From: a virus
Lineage: Duplodnaviria > Caudoviricetes
IMG/VR virus record: IMGVR_UViG_3300031260_000063
Location: 1-36,113 of that record
DNA: 36,113 nt
Strand: one strand, 5' to 3'
The notes under the pieces are model-generated. The model saw only the letters and a list, made by a program, of their open reading frames with translations, was not told the DNA's origin and did no database searches. Below, piece after piece: positions 1-8,919 of this stretch (position 1 is the first letter of the stretch; each line of letters starts with the position of its first letter). A program made the position numbers and the translations under genes.

Positions 1-1
1 G

Positions 2-214
2 GGGAACTTCAAATTGCGAAGACTGGATAAATATCTTGCCGGAGACGAGAAAGCATTTGTGCAGGAATTACACGACATAACAAGAGAGTTTATGGCGGCT
101 TTTGAAAAAGACCAAACAACGGAAGAGATATTCTGGAAAGAGTTGATACTTAACAGTCCTCTAAAAGAGAGGTACGAAGCAGAATACTGTGATAGATTCA
201 ACTGCACCAAGTAA
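2..214 (+). CDS. 3' end of hypothetical phage protein (5'-truncated by window)
   Basis: The frame of ORF 14..214 is open to the window edge and is followed by a structured terminator-like element. Confidence 0.6.
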   Translation, partial: GNFKLRRLDKYLAGDEKAFVQELHDITREFMAAFEKDQTTEEIFWKELILNSPLKERYEAEYCDRFNCTK

Positions 215-222
215 CACCAATT

Positions 223-296
223 AAAGGGCATCAGGAGTAGCGCAACTCCGTAGAGGTTCTACATCTCCTTCCTCTACACGATGCCCTTTCTTTATT
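223..296 (+). promoter_or_regulatory. three-way-junction RNA structure / terminator with anti-SD loop
   Basis: Stems aaagggcatc(223-232)/gatgcccttt(280-289), ggagt/actcc and gtagagg/cctctac, with a T-rich tail. Loop catctcctt is complementary to aaggagatg within 299-309 and 320-330. Confidence 0.55.
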
Positions 297-336
297 GAAA
301 AGGAGATGGCGCCCCAGATAAAGGAGATGGAAAACA

Positions 337-687
337 ATGAGAAACGAGAGACGGTTTGCACCTATACCGCATAGTCTGACATTTGATAAGAATTTGGGTT
401 CAGAAGAGAAGGCTTTATACCAGCTAATAGCCGCCAGCTCGTTCAGGCACGGTTATGCGTACTTTTCCTTATCATATATAACTCAAATGTTGAGAATCGG
501 TAGAACAAAGGCTGTACAGGCAACTAAAAGTCTTGAGCTGGCAGGGTGGATTTTAGTAATTAGAGCTATGAGCCCAACAAGCAGATATATCCCATTAGAT
601 GAATATGGAATAACCCTGTATCCAATAAAGAATCCAGAGGTTAGAAAGGCAGTTGAAAACGCGAAGTGTTCAGTCCTGATAGCTTAG
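337..687 (+). CDS. helix-turn-helix protein resembling the N-terminus of phage replication initiators
   Basis: SD aaggag. The sequence FAPIP..L.D.NL..EEKALY..I...G.AY.SLSYI..ML.IGR......KSLE.AGWI matches the winged-HTH (HTH_36-like) pattern. Confidence 0.7.
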   Translation: MRNERRFAPIPHSLTFDKNLGSEEKALYQLIAASSFRHGYAYFSLSYITQMLRIGRTKAVQATKSLELAGWILVIRAMSPTSRYIPLDEYGITLYPIKNPEVRKAVENAKCSVLIA

Positions 688-696
688 ATTACTTTG

Positions 697-764
697 AGTC
701 CCATTTGGGACTGCCTACATTCAGTCCCAAGTAGGACTACCTACATTGAGTCCTATATAGGACT
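697..764. repeat. three palindromic AGTCC-N6-GGACT sites at 26-bp period (iteron/operator-like)
   Basis: agtcccatttgggact 697-712, agtcccaagtaggact 723-738, agtcctatataggact 749-764, with spacers gcctacattc and acctacattg; half-site agtcc at 672. Confidence 0.85.
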
Positions 765-825
765 GTACTAAGAACTACACAAAGAACCTTACAAAGAACT
801 ACTAAGAACATATATAGATATATAC

Positions 826-844
826 GCCGCTTTTGCGGCTTTTT
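826..844 (+). terminator. short intrinsic terminator
   Basis: gccgc-tttt-gcggc-ttttt. Confidence 0.45.
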
Positions 845-866
845 GTTGTGGCAAGGAGTTGATAAT

Positions 867-1223
867 ATGGCGAAAAGAGGGAGACCAGTCAAGTATAATG
901 CCGAGAAGATGATAAAAGTTCTCGAAGAATACACGAATAACACGGAGATTCCAATACTCAAAGAAGTTTGCTATCAGAACAAGTGGAATGACCGATACAT
1001 ATATGAGTTGGCTGCCAAAAACAAGAATTTATCTGAGGCTATAAATAACTTGCTGATGAAAAAAGAATCACAGCTAGAGCGACTTGGACTTCAAGGAAAA
1101 ATTGACAGGGGAGTTGCAATTTTTTCCCTGAAACAATTAGGCTGGAAAGACAGTCAGCAAATAGACCATTCCGGAAGCGTCAACATCGTAGTCCAAATGC
1201 CTGGTGTCGAGGATGGAGTATAA
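867..1223 (+). CDS. terS: terminase small subunit
   Basis: SD aaggag before ATG 867; N-terminal GRP.KY and C-terminal AIFSLKQLGWKD...DHSG motifs; directly upstream of TerL. Confidence 0.85.
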   Translation: MAKRGRPVKYNAEKMIKVLEEYTNNTEIPILKEVCYQNKWNDRYIYELAAKNKNLSEAINNLLMKKESQLERLGLQGKIDRGVAIFSLKQLGWKDSQQIDHSGSVNIVVQMPGVEDGV

Positions 1224-2412
1224 CGTTACTGTCCCTGCTCAAGTATTCAATGACGTCTATATTCCTTACCTTAATAACCGCTCGAGATATGAGATATTCT
1301 ACGGTGGTGCTGGTTCTGGAAAGTCCGTATTTGTTGCTCAACGAATGCTTGTTAGGGCTATGAAAGAGAAGGGACATAAGACTCTGATAGTCAGGAAAGT
1401 TGCAAAGACTAACAGGCATTCTACCTTCGCGCTAATAACAGGAATAATGCGGCAGTGGAATATAGAGCAACTATTCAAGGTTAACAAGTCGGATATGGAA
1501 ATAACCTGCCTCAATGGGAATCAGATAATTTTCACAGGCCTTGATGACGTTGAAAAGCTAAAGTCAATTGCGAATATTACAGACATCTGGGTAGAGGAAG
1601 CCTCAGAAATAAGCCACGACGATTTCAAGCAATTAGACCTAAGACTTCGTGGGAAGACTCCGTATCCCTTGCAAATAACCCTGACATTTAACCCTATATC
1701 TGCTCTGTTGTGGCACAAGGCATATTTCTTTGACAATCCAAAAGACAACACAGTCATTCTAAAGACCACATATCAACACAACAGATTCCTGGATGAGGAA
1801 TATAAACAAGTTATCAACAACCTCCAACACGAGGACAAGATGTATTTCAACATCTACGGACTTGGTGAGTGGGGTGTGCTTGGCAATCTCATCTATTCAA
1901 ACTGGGAAGTGATTTCTGACGTTCCGGTAAGCTATGACGAGATTATTTGGGGTTTGGACTTCGGTTTCAATAATCCTTCGGCTCTTTTGAAAATAGGCAT
2001 AAAAGACGGAAATTTATACCTGTTAGAAGAAATGTACAAAACGGGGCTTACGAATCAAGACTTGATAAAAGAGTTGCGCAAACGTATAGCGACTTTCGAG
2101 TCGATATACGCAGACAGTGCCGAACCTGCAAGGATAGAAGAAATCAAGCGAGCGGGCTTCCGGGTCTATCCAGCCCAGAAAGACGTGACGGACGGTCTGG
2201 ACTTTGTGAAGAGGCAGCGTCTATTTATACACAAAGACTGCGCGAACGTCATCAAGGAGATTCAAGGATACAAGTACAAGGAGGACAAGGACGGCAATGT
2301 TATAGACGAGCCAGTCAAGTTTGCGGACCATCTTATGGACGCTATGAGATATGCGATTTACACTCATCTATGGCGGCCTAAGTCCTTCAGCTTGAAGACG
2401 GACATCATATAG
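1213..2412 (+). CDS. terL: terminase large subunit, PBSX family
   Basis: Walker A YGGAGSGKS, Walker B IWVEEASE, LTFNP, and nuclease motifs GLDFG and DHLMDAMRYA. Confidence 0.95.
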   Translation: MEYNVTVPAQVFNDVYIPYLNNRSRYEIFYGGAGSGKSVFVAQRMLVRAMKEKGHKTLIVRKVAKTNRHSTFALITGIMRQWNIEQLFKVNKSDMEITCLNGNQIIFTGLDDVEKLKSIANITDIWVEEASEISHDDFKQLDLRLRGKTPYPLQITLTFNPISALLWHKAYFFDNPKDNTVILKTTYQHNRFLDEEYKQVINNLQHEDKMYFNIYGLGEWGVLGNLIYSNWEVISDVPVSYDEIIWGLDFGFNNPSALLKIGIKDGNLYLLEEMYKTGLTNQDLIKELRKRIATFESIYADSAEPARIEEIKRAGFRVYPAQKDVTDGLDFVKRQRLFIHKDCANVIKEIQGYKYKEDKDGNVIDEPVKFADHLMDAMRYAIYTHLWRPKSFSLKTDII

Positions 2413-2421
2413 GAGAGAATC

Positions 2422-2598
2422 TTGCTTGTACACCAATGTGATGAATGTGGAAGCGTTCAAGATGAGATAAACGCCACGAAGTGGATAAAATTGGAATCCG
2501 GGCTGGAATTCTGCTGCTGGAAATGCCTTGCAAAGTACGCGAGACGCAGGGACAGGCAAGACGAAGAGTACAAGAAGGAGGCACATCATGACATATAG
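2422..2598 (+). CDS. 58-aa zinc-finger-like protein (not in ORF track)
   Basis: SD aggaga and TTG start; MLVHQCDECGS...EFCCWKCLAKY...; fills the TerL-portal gap. Confidence 0.7.
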   Translation: MLVHQCDECGSVQDEINATKWIKLESGLEFCCWKCLAKYARRRDRQDEEYKKEAHHDI

Positions 2599-3835
2599 GC
2601 AACTATGGGATTTGTTCTATGGTGAATACGATTTGAAATACTGCGTTGACCGTGGCCTTTTCTATGAGCTGAAAAAGGACGGTTCGACAATCAAACATAT
2701 CACCAAGTCGCTGGTAGATTATCCCTTCGAGATTTTGAATACCGACCTGACAATGATATTCGGTCCCTCAGTTCAATACATAGACGAGAACAACGAAGCA
2801 GCTACCGAGAAGCTGAAAGCGTTGCACGAAGAGAACAACTTCGACGAACTCTCCCGGCTCGCGGTCCTTCAGGGCTTGATTCTCGGTGACACGGCACTCA
2901 AGGTAGGAAGAGACGACAGGCAGAGAGTCAGGGTCGGACTCGTGAACTTCCTGCGTGGCGACGTTGAATTCATCATGGACGCAGGGACTATCATCGAATG
3001 GATATACAAGTACAGCGTCCCTGACGGGAACGCGTATATAAACATAGAAGAGAGATACAGGAAAGACCGCACCATTATCGACATCGGAGGCAATATCAAG
3101 GAAGCTCCGAACGCATACGGCGAGTTCTGGTTCAAGTACGCGGCCAATATGCCCTCTCTCAACAGTGAAGTTTGGGGAGACTCCGAGCTTGAACGTTTCG
3201 CAGATACAGTGGACGAGATGAACTCATATCTCAGTCGTATAGGTGCGATAGCGGACATCTACGCGAAGCCTCGCATCATAGCCAGAAAGCTGATGAACCC
3301 TGAGTCTCTTCAGGCGACCGACAACCTCTGGGCAATCGACGCGGAAGACATAAGCATTCTCGAATACCAGGGGAACGTCATTCCCTCTCTCCTGGCTACT
3401 TATGACAGACTGGAGAACTATCTACGGAACAAATGCCCTGAACTCATTATGAACGACTTGGGCCAGATAGCAGGCTATGCCTTAAAACTAAAGCTCTCGA
3501 AGCTGATAAGAAAGATAGAGAACTATCGAAACGTGTACTTTCCCCTGCTCGAAGAGGTTTCCAACCTGATGCTGAAAATGGAAGGAATAGCAGACCCAAA
3601 TGTGAAGATACACGCTAAACCCGTTATCCCATCTGACGAGGTAGAAGACATTCAGAAGTGGATGCAACTAGTCTCAATGAACCTAGTGTCCAAAGAGACT
3701 GCCGCTGAGGCTTTGGGCATCGATTGGAAACAGGAAAAACGAAAAATGGATAAAGAATCGGAAGAAGGCTACGCTAGAATGGCGCAGTATTTGACTCAGG
3801 GCAGTGATGAAAATGCAGATGCCGAGTCCGAATGA
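2588..3835 (+). CDS. portal protein (SPP1-like)
   Basis: Follows TerL; SD aaggagg before ATG 2588; motifs WGDSELE, YAKPRII and VSKETAAEALG. Confidence 0.85.
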   Translation: MTYRQLWDLFYGEYDLKYCVDRGLFYELKKDGSTIKHITKSLVDYPFEILNTDLTMIFGPSVQYIDENNEAATEKLKALHEENNFDELSRLAVLQGLILGDTALKVGRDDRQRVRVGLVNFLRGDVEFIMDAGTIIEWIYKYSVPDGNAYINIEERYRKDRTIIDIGGNIKEAPNAYGEFWFKYAANMPSLNSEVWGDSELERFADTVDEMNSYLSRIGAIADIYAKPRIIARKLMNPESLQATDNLWAIDAEDISILEYQGNVIPSLLATYDRLENYLRNKCPELIMNDLGQIAGYALKLKLSKLIRKIENYRNVYFPLLEEVSNLMLKMEGIADPNVKIHAKPVIPSDEVEDIQKWMQLVSMNLVSKETAAEALGIDWKQEKRKMDKESEEGYARMAQYLTQGSDENADAESE

Positions 3836-4658
3836 GCTTTGGAAGATTGCAGATAGGTTAGAGACGCTATTCCTAAGACGTAACTTGAAGCGTCTAGTAG
3901 AAAGGCTGTCAGAGATAGAAAAGCTCAAGAGTTCAAAGCTGATAACTGCCGCAAGGGCAAAAGAACTAAAACAGCGAGTCAATACAGCCGTCAGAGAATT
4001 TGCGAGAGAGTTTGAGAAAGAATCTAAAGCCTTGCAAGAGCTGATGTATGAAAAAGGCTGGGAGATAGCAGCGCGGGAACTGGGCATAAAAGCTACATTT
4101 CAGGGCATACCGCGAAAAGCATTGCAGACGATGAATCAAGGGCTTGTCTTTATGCACAACTATTCAGCCGAGCTTATAACGCTTGCCGAGAACGAAATAG
4201 CCATCGCGATAATGGCGGGTGACAGTTATGAGAATCTAATAGCAAGGCTGATGCAAAAGATAGAACAGAACGGCAAAAGAAATATATCAACTATGGCAAG
4301 AGACCAACTGGGAAGGGTAATGCAGATTGCCGCTTATGACTCCTTGTCGGAGAATGAATCAGATATAGCCTACTATCTCTGGAACAATCCGAACGACGAG
4401 AGAACTACCGACTGGTGCAGGAATAGATTGTATCTTAACCCCTGGTCTGTTGAAGATGTGAAGTTTTGCATTGAAAACAATCCAGTCGAATGGAAAGGAT
4501 ACGAGATACGCGACCCAAACATTGGGAGTACCTTCCTGCATCCGCACATTCAATGCCGTTCTGTACTAACGGCCGTTACAAAGTCAGCAATTAAAGAGGG
4601 AATGACCAGCAAGGAAGAACTGAAAGGCTTCGGACTCGAGGGCAAGAAATTCAAATAG
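3804..4658 (+). CDS. minor head/morphogenesis protein (SPP1 gp7 / Mu gpF-like)
   Basis: Follows the portal; D.RTT.WC and HPHIQCRS motifs. Exact start uncertain (3804-3819). Confidence 0.8.
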   Translation: MMKMQMPSPNELWKIADRLETLFLRRNLKRLVERLSEIEKLKSSKLITAARAKELKQRVNTAVREFAREFEKESKALQELMYEKGWEIAARELGIKATFQGIPRKALQTMNQGLVFMHNYSAELITLAENEIAIAIMAGDSYENLIARLMQKIEQNGKRNISTMARDQLGRVMQIAAYDSLSENESDIAYYLWNNPNDERTTDWCRNRLYLNPWSVEDVKFCIENNPVEWKGYEIRDPNIGSTFLHPHIQCRSVLTAVTKSAIKEGMTSKEELKGFGLEGKKFK

Positions 4659-4690
4659 CAGTAACCCCCCTTCTAAATAGAAGATGTTAG

Positions 4691-4718
4691 GCAGCCCTTT
4701 CGAGGGCTGCTGTCTTTT
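4691..4718 (+). terminator. intrinsic terminator-like hairpin
   Basis: gcagccct-ttcg-agggctgc-tgtctttt. Confidence 0.55.
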
Positions 4719-4752
4719 CACGCAATGCAACAACACATAAGGAGGAATGAAA

Positions 4753-5343
4753 ATGTCAGAAGAAAAAAAGACCACTGCAACTGAACCAACAAAGACAGGG
4801 GCAGAGGCTACTTCCGAAAAGGGTGCGAACACTGAGAATCCAGCACCAGAGGCTCAGCAGTCGCAAACTGAGAAGAAGTATACAGACGATGATGTCAAAA
4901 AGCTATTGCAGCAAGAGGCAGACCGCAGGGTTTCAGAGGCACAGAAGAAATGGCAGAAACAGCTAGATGATATGAAAAAGGAATTGGAACTCTCGAAGCT
5001 CTCAGAACAGGAACGCCTCGAAGCTGAGAAAAAGGCAAAAGAGGAAGAAATAAGCAAACGCGAACAGGAAATAGCCAAGAAAGAACTGGACTTCAAGACG
5101 CTTGAATATCTGGCCGAAAAAAAGGCCGATAAAGACCTTATGAAGGCGGTCGAGGGTGTAGCCGAATATGAGGAAAGAAAGAAAGTAATCGACTACATCC
5201 TGAAAAAGGTGGACGAAATGACTACTGAAAGAGTCAAGCAGCTTGAATCCGGTACTTTCCAGCAGAAACCGACACAAACGCCTCAGCTTCCGGATGACCC
5301 GAAGGAGGCGGTGAAAGCGATATTTGCTCAAAGAAAAAAGTAG
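4753..5343 (+). CDS. capsid scaffolding protein (DUF4355-like)
   Basis: KYTDDDV....QQEADRRV.EA.KKW motif, charged coiled coil, immediately before the major capsid gene. Confidence 0.85.
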   Translation: MSEEKKTTATEPTKTGAEATSEKGANTENPAPEAQQSQTEKKYTDDDVKKLLQQEADRRVSEAQKKWQKQLDDMKKELELSKLSEQERLEAEKKAKEEEISKREQEIAKKELDFKTLEYLAEKKADKDLMKAVEGVAEYEERKKVIDYILKKVDEMTTERVKQLESGTFQQKPTQTPQLPDDPKEAVKAIFAQRKK

Positions 5344-5355
5344 AGGTGACAAATA

Positions 5356-6444
5356 ATGGCAGTTAAAACAGGAATGCTCACATCCTATGACATAAGTGAG
5401 AACAAGGTAGATGTTTCTCCTGTACTGAACAGGATTCAGCTACCCGAAACACCGCTTTTGAACGCAATTGGAATCTCAAGCGAAACGGTCGGAGGTACTA
5501 CACACGAGTGGTGGGACGATGTACGACCCCTGCTATCGGCAACACTTAATGCCGCTTATACGGCTGGTGCTGGTTCGATAACGCTCGAAGATGCTACCGG
5601 GCTTAGAACCAATGCGATTCTTAGAATTGGTACCAGCATTTACAGGGCTACCAATGTCGATACCGATACAGAAGTGGTTACCGTTGCGGTTATAGCCAAC
5701 GACGCGAATCATGATGACGGCGATACCGTTGAAATACTTGGGCAGGCAGGACTTGAAGGCGCAGATTATACCGATGCCGATTACACGGAGAAGGTCAAGA
5801 GAACCAACGTTACCCAGATATGGCAGGATTATATCAAGTTCTCAGGAACTCAACTCGCGGTAGAGCAGTATGTCAACGAAGACATCTTTGCGGAAGAGGT
5901 TGCAAAGAAACTCTCGAGAATGAGAATCTGGCTCGAGAAGTCCATAATCAATGGTCAGTACGTCTCACCGGCAAATAACACCACACCGCGGCTCATGGGT
6001 GGAATAGACTACTTTATCAGCGCGAACGGCGTTACTTCAAGTGCCGCTTTCTCTGAAACCAACCTTAAAGCGTTCTTCAAGAGCGTTATGGATGCTGGCG
6101 GTGTTGTTTCAGATGCGTGGATGAACCCAACCATGATGGACAACTTCCTTGCCCTCACAGCCGACAAGCTCGTGTATCAGAGAGCCGACAACGTTGTTGG
6201 AAGACTCGCAACCCAATACCTCTCGCAGTACGGCGCTGTTACTCTCCATGTCGTTCCTCATATGCCTGCTGGTCAGATACTTGTGTTCAGCCCGTCACAG
6301 ATTGCCGTAAAGCCACTCAGAGGAAGGGCAGCCTTCTATGAGGAACTGGCAAAGACCGGGGACAACGTGAGAGGTCAGATAATCGGAGAATACACGCTTG
6401 AGTTCAAGCAGTCCGCTGTTGCTGGCAAATACACGATTCCTTGA
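5356..6444 (+). CDS. major capsid protein (DUF5309/SU10-like HK97 fold) with inserted beta-domain
   Basis: Motifs ETPLLN, HEWWDD, N.TQI, R.MGGI and ELAKTGD..RGQIIGEYTLE; position after the scaffold. Confidence 0.9.
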   Translation: MAVKTGMLTSYDISENKVDVSPVLNRIQLPETPLLNAIGISSETVGGTTHEWWDDVRPLLSATLNAAYTAGAGSITLEDATGLRTNAILRIGTSIYRATNVDTDTEVVTVAVIANDANHDDGDTVEILGQAGLEGADYTDADYTEKVKRTNVTQIWQDYIKFSGTQLAVEQYVNEDIFAEEVAKKLSRMRIWLEKSIINGQYVSPANNTTPRLMGGIDYFISANGVTSSAAFSETNLKAFFKSVMDAGGVVSDAWMNPTMMDNFLALTADKLVYQRADNVVGRLATQYLSQYGAVTLHVVPHMPAGQILVFSPSQIAVKPLRGRAAFYEELAKTGDNVRGQIIGEYTLEFKQSAVAGKYTIP

Positions 6445-6456
6445 TGAGGTGATGAA

Positions 6457-7128
6457 ATGAAAAAGCTATTGACGTTACTACTGATTGTTATAGTTGCAGG
6501 GTTCGCGTTTGCGTTCCCTGCTTTCCATTCGGTCAATTCCGGAGTAGTGGCCGCCACAGGTTCGACTACCCTGACGTTTACCGACCTTAACCCTCTTATC
6601 CAGGGTTCCAGCACTAACTACTTTAAGCTGGACGAAATCTGGGTAACTGCAATCGGAGTCCTGACCCATACCACAACCGATTCAACGCTCACGACCGACA
6701 CCGAGGCCAAGTACACCGTAACGACCGTTCCTGACGACGACGATATGGCAGGAACACTTAAGCTGGACGTGACGGCTACTGACACGGTAACTTGGGACAT
6801 CTACTGGAACGGTACAAAGGTCGCGACCAACTCCACCAGCACAACTTATGGTGGAATAGTAATAACCTACACCGGGACCAACGCCAATACCAACGACGAA
6901 ATCGAGTTTACTTTTGCCAAGCAGTCCAGTGCGAACGATTTTATAGTCTCCTACACCTTCAACGACGTGTATATCATCTACAAGGCCGCGCAGGACAGGC
7001 TTGTTGCATCTGACCTGGTACTGGGCCATTATGTGCCGTATTCGACTACCAACTATGCGTTTACTATTACGAACTCGGAAGCTACTTATAGGTGCAAGTA
7101 TAAAGTAATAATCCAGACTGATGAATAA
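6457..7128 (+). CDS. Thr-rich beta protein with Sec signal peptide, in the capsid-decoration gene position
   Basis: SD gaggtga; MKKLLTLLLIVIVAGFAFA has n-region, h-region and AxA cleavage site; followed by a terminator. Confidence 0.75.
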   Translation: MKKLLTLLLIVIVAGFAFAFPAFHSVNSGVVAATGSTTLTFTDLNPLIQGSSTNYFKLDEIWVTAIGVLTHTTTDSTLTTDTEAKYTVTTVPDDDDMAGTLKLDVTATDTVTWDIYWNGTKVATNSTSTTYGGIVITYTGTNANTNDEIEFTFAKQSSANDFIVSYTFNDVYIIYKAAQDRLVASDLVLGHYVPYSTTNYAFTITNSEATYRCKYKVIIQTDE

Positions 7129-7129
7129 A

Positions 7130-7155
7130 GGAGGGGCAAGGCCCCTCCTTCCTTT
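7130..7155 (+). terminator. intrinsic terminator after capsid genes
   Basis: ggagggg-caagg-cccctcc-ttccttt. Confidence 0.6.
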
Positions 7156-7168
7156 GGGGAGTGAGAGA

Positions 7169-7435
7169 ATGAAATTCAGGGTAAAACGCGAAATCCGGTT
7201 TGTCATTGTGGACGGCAGAAACTATCATGTCAGGAATGGAATAGTTGACCTTCCGAATGACCCCGGTTACTCCTTTTTGGAGGCGATAGACGATGACGAA
7301 CCTAGAGTACGCAAGGATGATATTGAACGATACGGACAGCTCGAACCAGATATTCACCGACAGCGAACTCCAACAGTTAATAAGCCAAAACAGCGAGCTA
7401 AAAGTAGTTCCAGCCGCGCCAAAAAATCTCGCTAA
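7169..7435 (+). CDS. small hypothetical virion-associated protein with basic C-tail, overlapping the next gene
   Basis: SD ggggagtga before ATG 7169; fills the 7128-7293 gap; K/R-rich C-terminus. Confidence 0.6.
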   Translation: MKFRVKREIRFVIVDGRNYHVRNGIVDLPNDPGYSFLEAIDDDEPRVRKDDIERYGQLEPDIHRQRTPTVNKPKQRAKSSSSRAKKSR

Positions 7436-7757
7436 GACCATTTGGCAGATTCCATATCGAAAGCTCGACAGCACCTACGAGGCTGTGGTGTATGACGAAT
7501 ACCAAACAGAGTACGAAGCAACGATAGATTATGATAACGGCACGGCTACATTTTCCGTTGCACCCGATTATCCGATATTCATAGAGTGCAAGATAGTGAA
7601 ATGGAATGACGTAAAAGCAGATGGGCTGGAGATGATAGCAACAGATATAAGGCGCTGGAACAGTTACTCTGATACAGGGCTTTCTGAACAGTTCGATAAG
7701 GCAGGTCTACTTGCTTATTCACGCAGCATACGAAGTGCTAGAGGTGTAGAGTTATGA
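7293..7757 (+). CDS. head-tail adaptor/connector
   Basis: N-terminal R..L.DTD....IFTD.EL motif typical of adaptors; SD ggagg; gene order. Confidence 0.7.
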   Translation: MTNLEYARMILNDTDSSNQIFTDSELQQLISQNSELKVVPAAPKNLAKTIWQIPYRKLDSTYEAVVYDEYQTEYEATIDYDNGTATFSVAPDYPIFIECKIVKWNDVKADGLEMIATDIRRWNSYSDTGLSEQFDKAGLLAYSRSIRSARGVEL

Positions 7758-8059
7758 TTAATGTTCTCTGGTGGAAGGGAGAAGATGGATTCTTTGTAAA
7801 AAAGACAATCACATTTGACCCGATAGAGGGAGAAACGACCACCGAGACAACTACACCCATACGGTTGAGGATGACCGCGCTTGAGGGTGAAGATATGCAG
7901 CTTGGTTTTCAGGAGGGGTCGTATAAGGTTTATACTTCCTATGACGGTAGCCCAATTGTCAACGTAGATTATCTTAGATATAAAGGTGTTGATTACCTTA
8001 TAAAAAAGGTTGTAAAGCGCGAGGGCTTCCAGATATGGGAGGTGCGAGAGAATGAGTAG
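7754..8059 (+). CDS. head closure/stopper protein
   Basis: Size, gene order and D.L.Y.G..Y.I pattern; ATGA overlap with the upstream gene. Confidence 0.55.
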   Translation: MINVLWWKGEDGFFVKKTITFDPIEGETTTETTTPIRLRMTALEGEDMQLGFQEGSYKVYTSYDGSPIVNVDYLRYKGVDYLIKKVVKREGFQIWEVRENE

Positions 8060-8432
8060 AGACGGTTTGACACTCACAATAGATGCACAGTCTCAGAAGG
8101 CGTGGGAACAGGCATTAAAGAAGTTAGGAAATGATGCAAAAAAGGTTGGAGCTGACGTAATAAATGAGACACTAATTGATATAGACCAGAAAACGGTAGA
8201 ACTGACTCCGGTAGAAACTGGCAGATTACAACAATCCTGGACTATAAAGAAGGCCACACCAGAACATCTTGAAGGCAAAGAGTTCACAAACGTCGAATAC
8301 GCGCCAAGCGTTGAGTTCAACTACTGCAACAAGCACCGAATCAAGCACAAACCGCTAACAAACGGCCTTGAATATGCTCGGGGCGCATTCAACCGAAGGC
8401 TTGTCCAAAAGTTTGGGGAGCTGATGAGATGA
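8052..8432 (+). CDS. HK97 gp10-like neck/tail completion protein
   Basis: TPVETGRLQQSW and NVEYAPSVEF motifs. Confidence 0.85.
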   Translation: MSRDGLTLTIDAQSQKAWEQALKKLGNDAKKVGADVINETLIDIDQKTVELTPVETGRLQQSWTIKKATPEHLEGKEFTNVEYAPSVEFNYCNKHRIKHKPLTNGLEYARGAFNRRLVQKFGELMR

Positions 8433-8827
8433 AGTCGCTTAAACAATATCTCAACAGCTATATCAATACGAATTTAGGTACAGAGTATTCAATTGACTTC
8501 GGGCAAGGGCTTGATACTACAAGTCTTTCGTCCTACATCAAAGTCTATTATGGAAGCGAGTTTGCTGACGACTATGCAGGCGGTGACCAGATAGGCAACA
8601 AGCGTGGCAAACGGATGCGCCAGATAGTCGATATAGACTGTTATGCAAGGTCTGGTGTATATGCGCTTGATGAAGTGAAAGACGATGTGTTCAACGAGCT
8701 TGTGAAATATAACAGGCTCATACTAAGCAATGGTACGGCAATCGAGATTCAGGAGAGAAACTGGAATTTGGTAGAACAGACAGATTGGCAGCACGGAGTC
8801 TGGACTATTGTAGTCAGTTATATCTAG
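8429..8827 (+). CDS. tail terminator protein
   Basis: Lies between the gp10-like and major tail genes; size and VDIDCYA motif. Confidence 0.6.
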   Translation: MKSLKQYLNSYINTNLGTEYSIDFGQGLDTTSLSSYIKVYYGSEFADDYAGGDQIGNKRGKRMRQIVDIDCYARSGVYALDEVKDDVFNELVKYNRLILSNGTAIEIQERNWNLVEQTDWQHGVWTIVVSYI

Positions 8828-8879
8828 ACGATGGAGGAAGAGGCACCACCGGAAGAGCCATAAACTAACACAAATCACT

Positions 8880-8903
8880 AAACCGCCTTTAGGGGCGGTT
8901 TTT
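8880..8903 (+). terminator. intrinsic terminator
   Basis: aaaccgcc-tttagg-ggcggttt-tt. Confidence 0.65.
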
Positions 8904-8919
8904 GTTTGGAGGAATAAAA

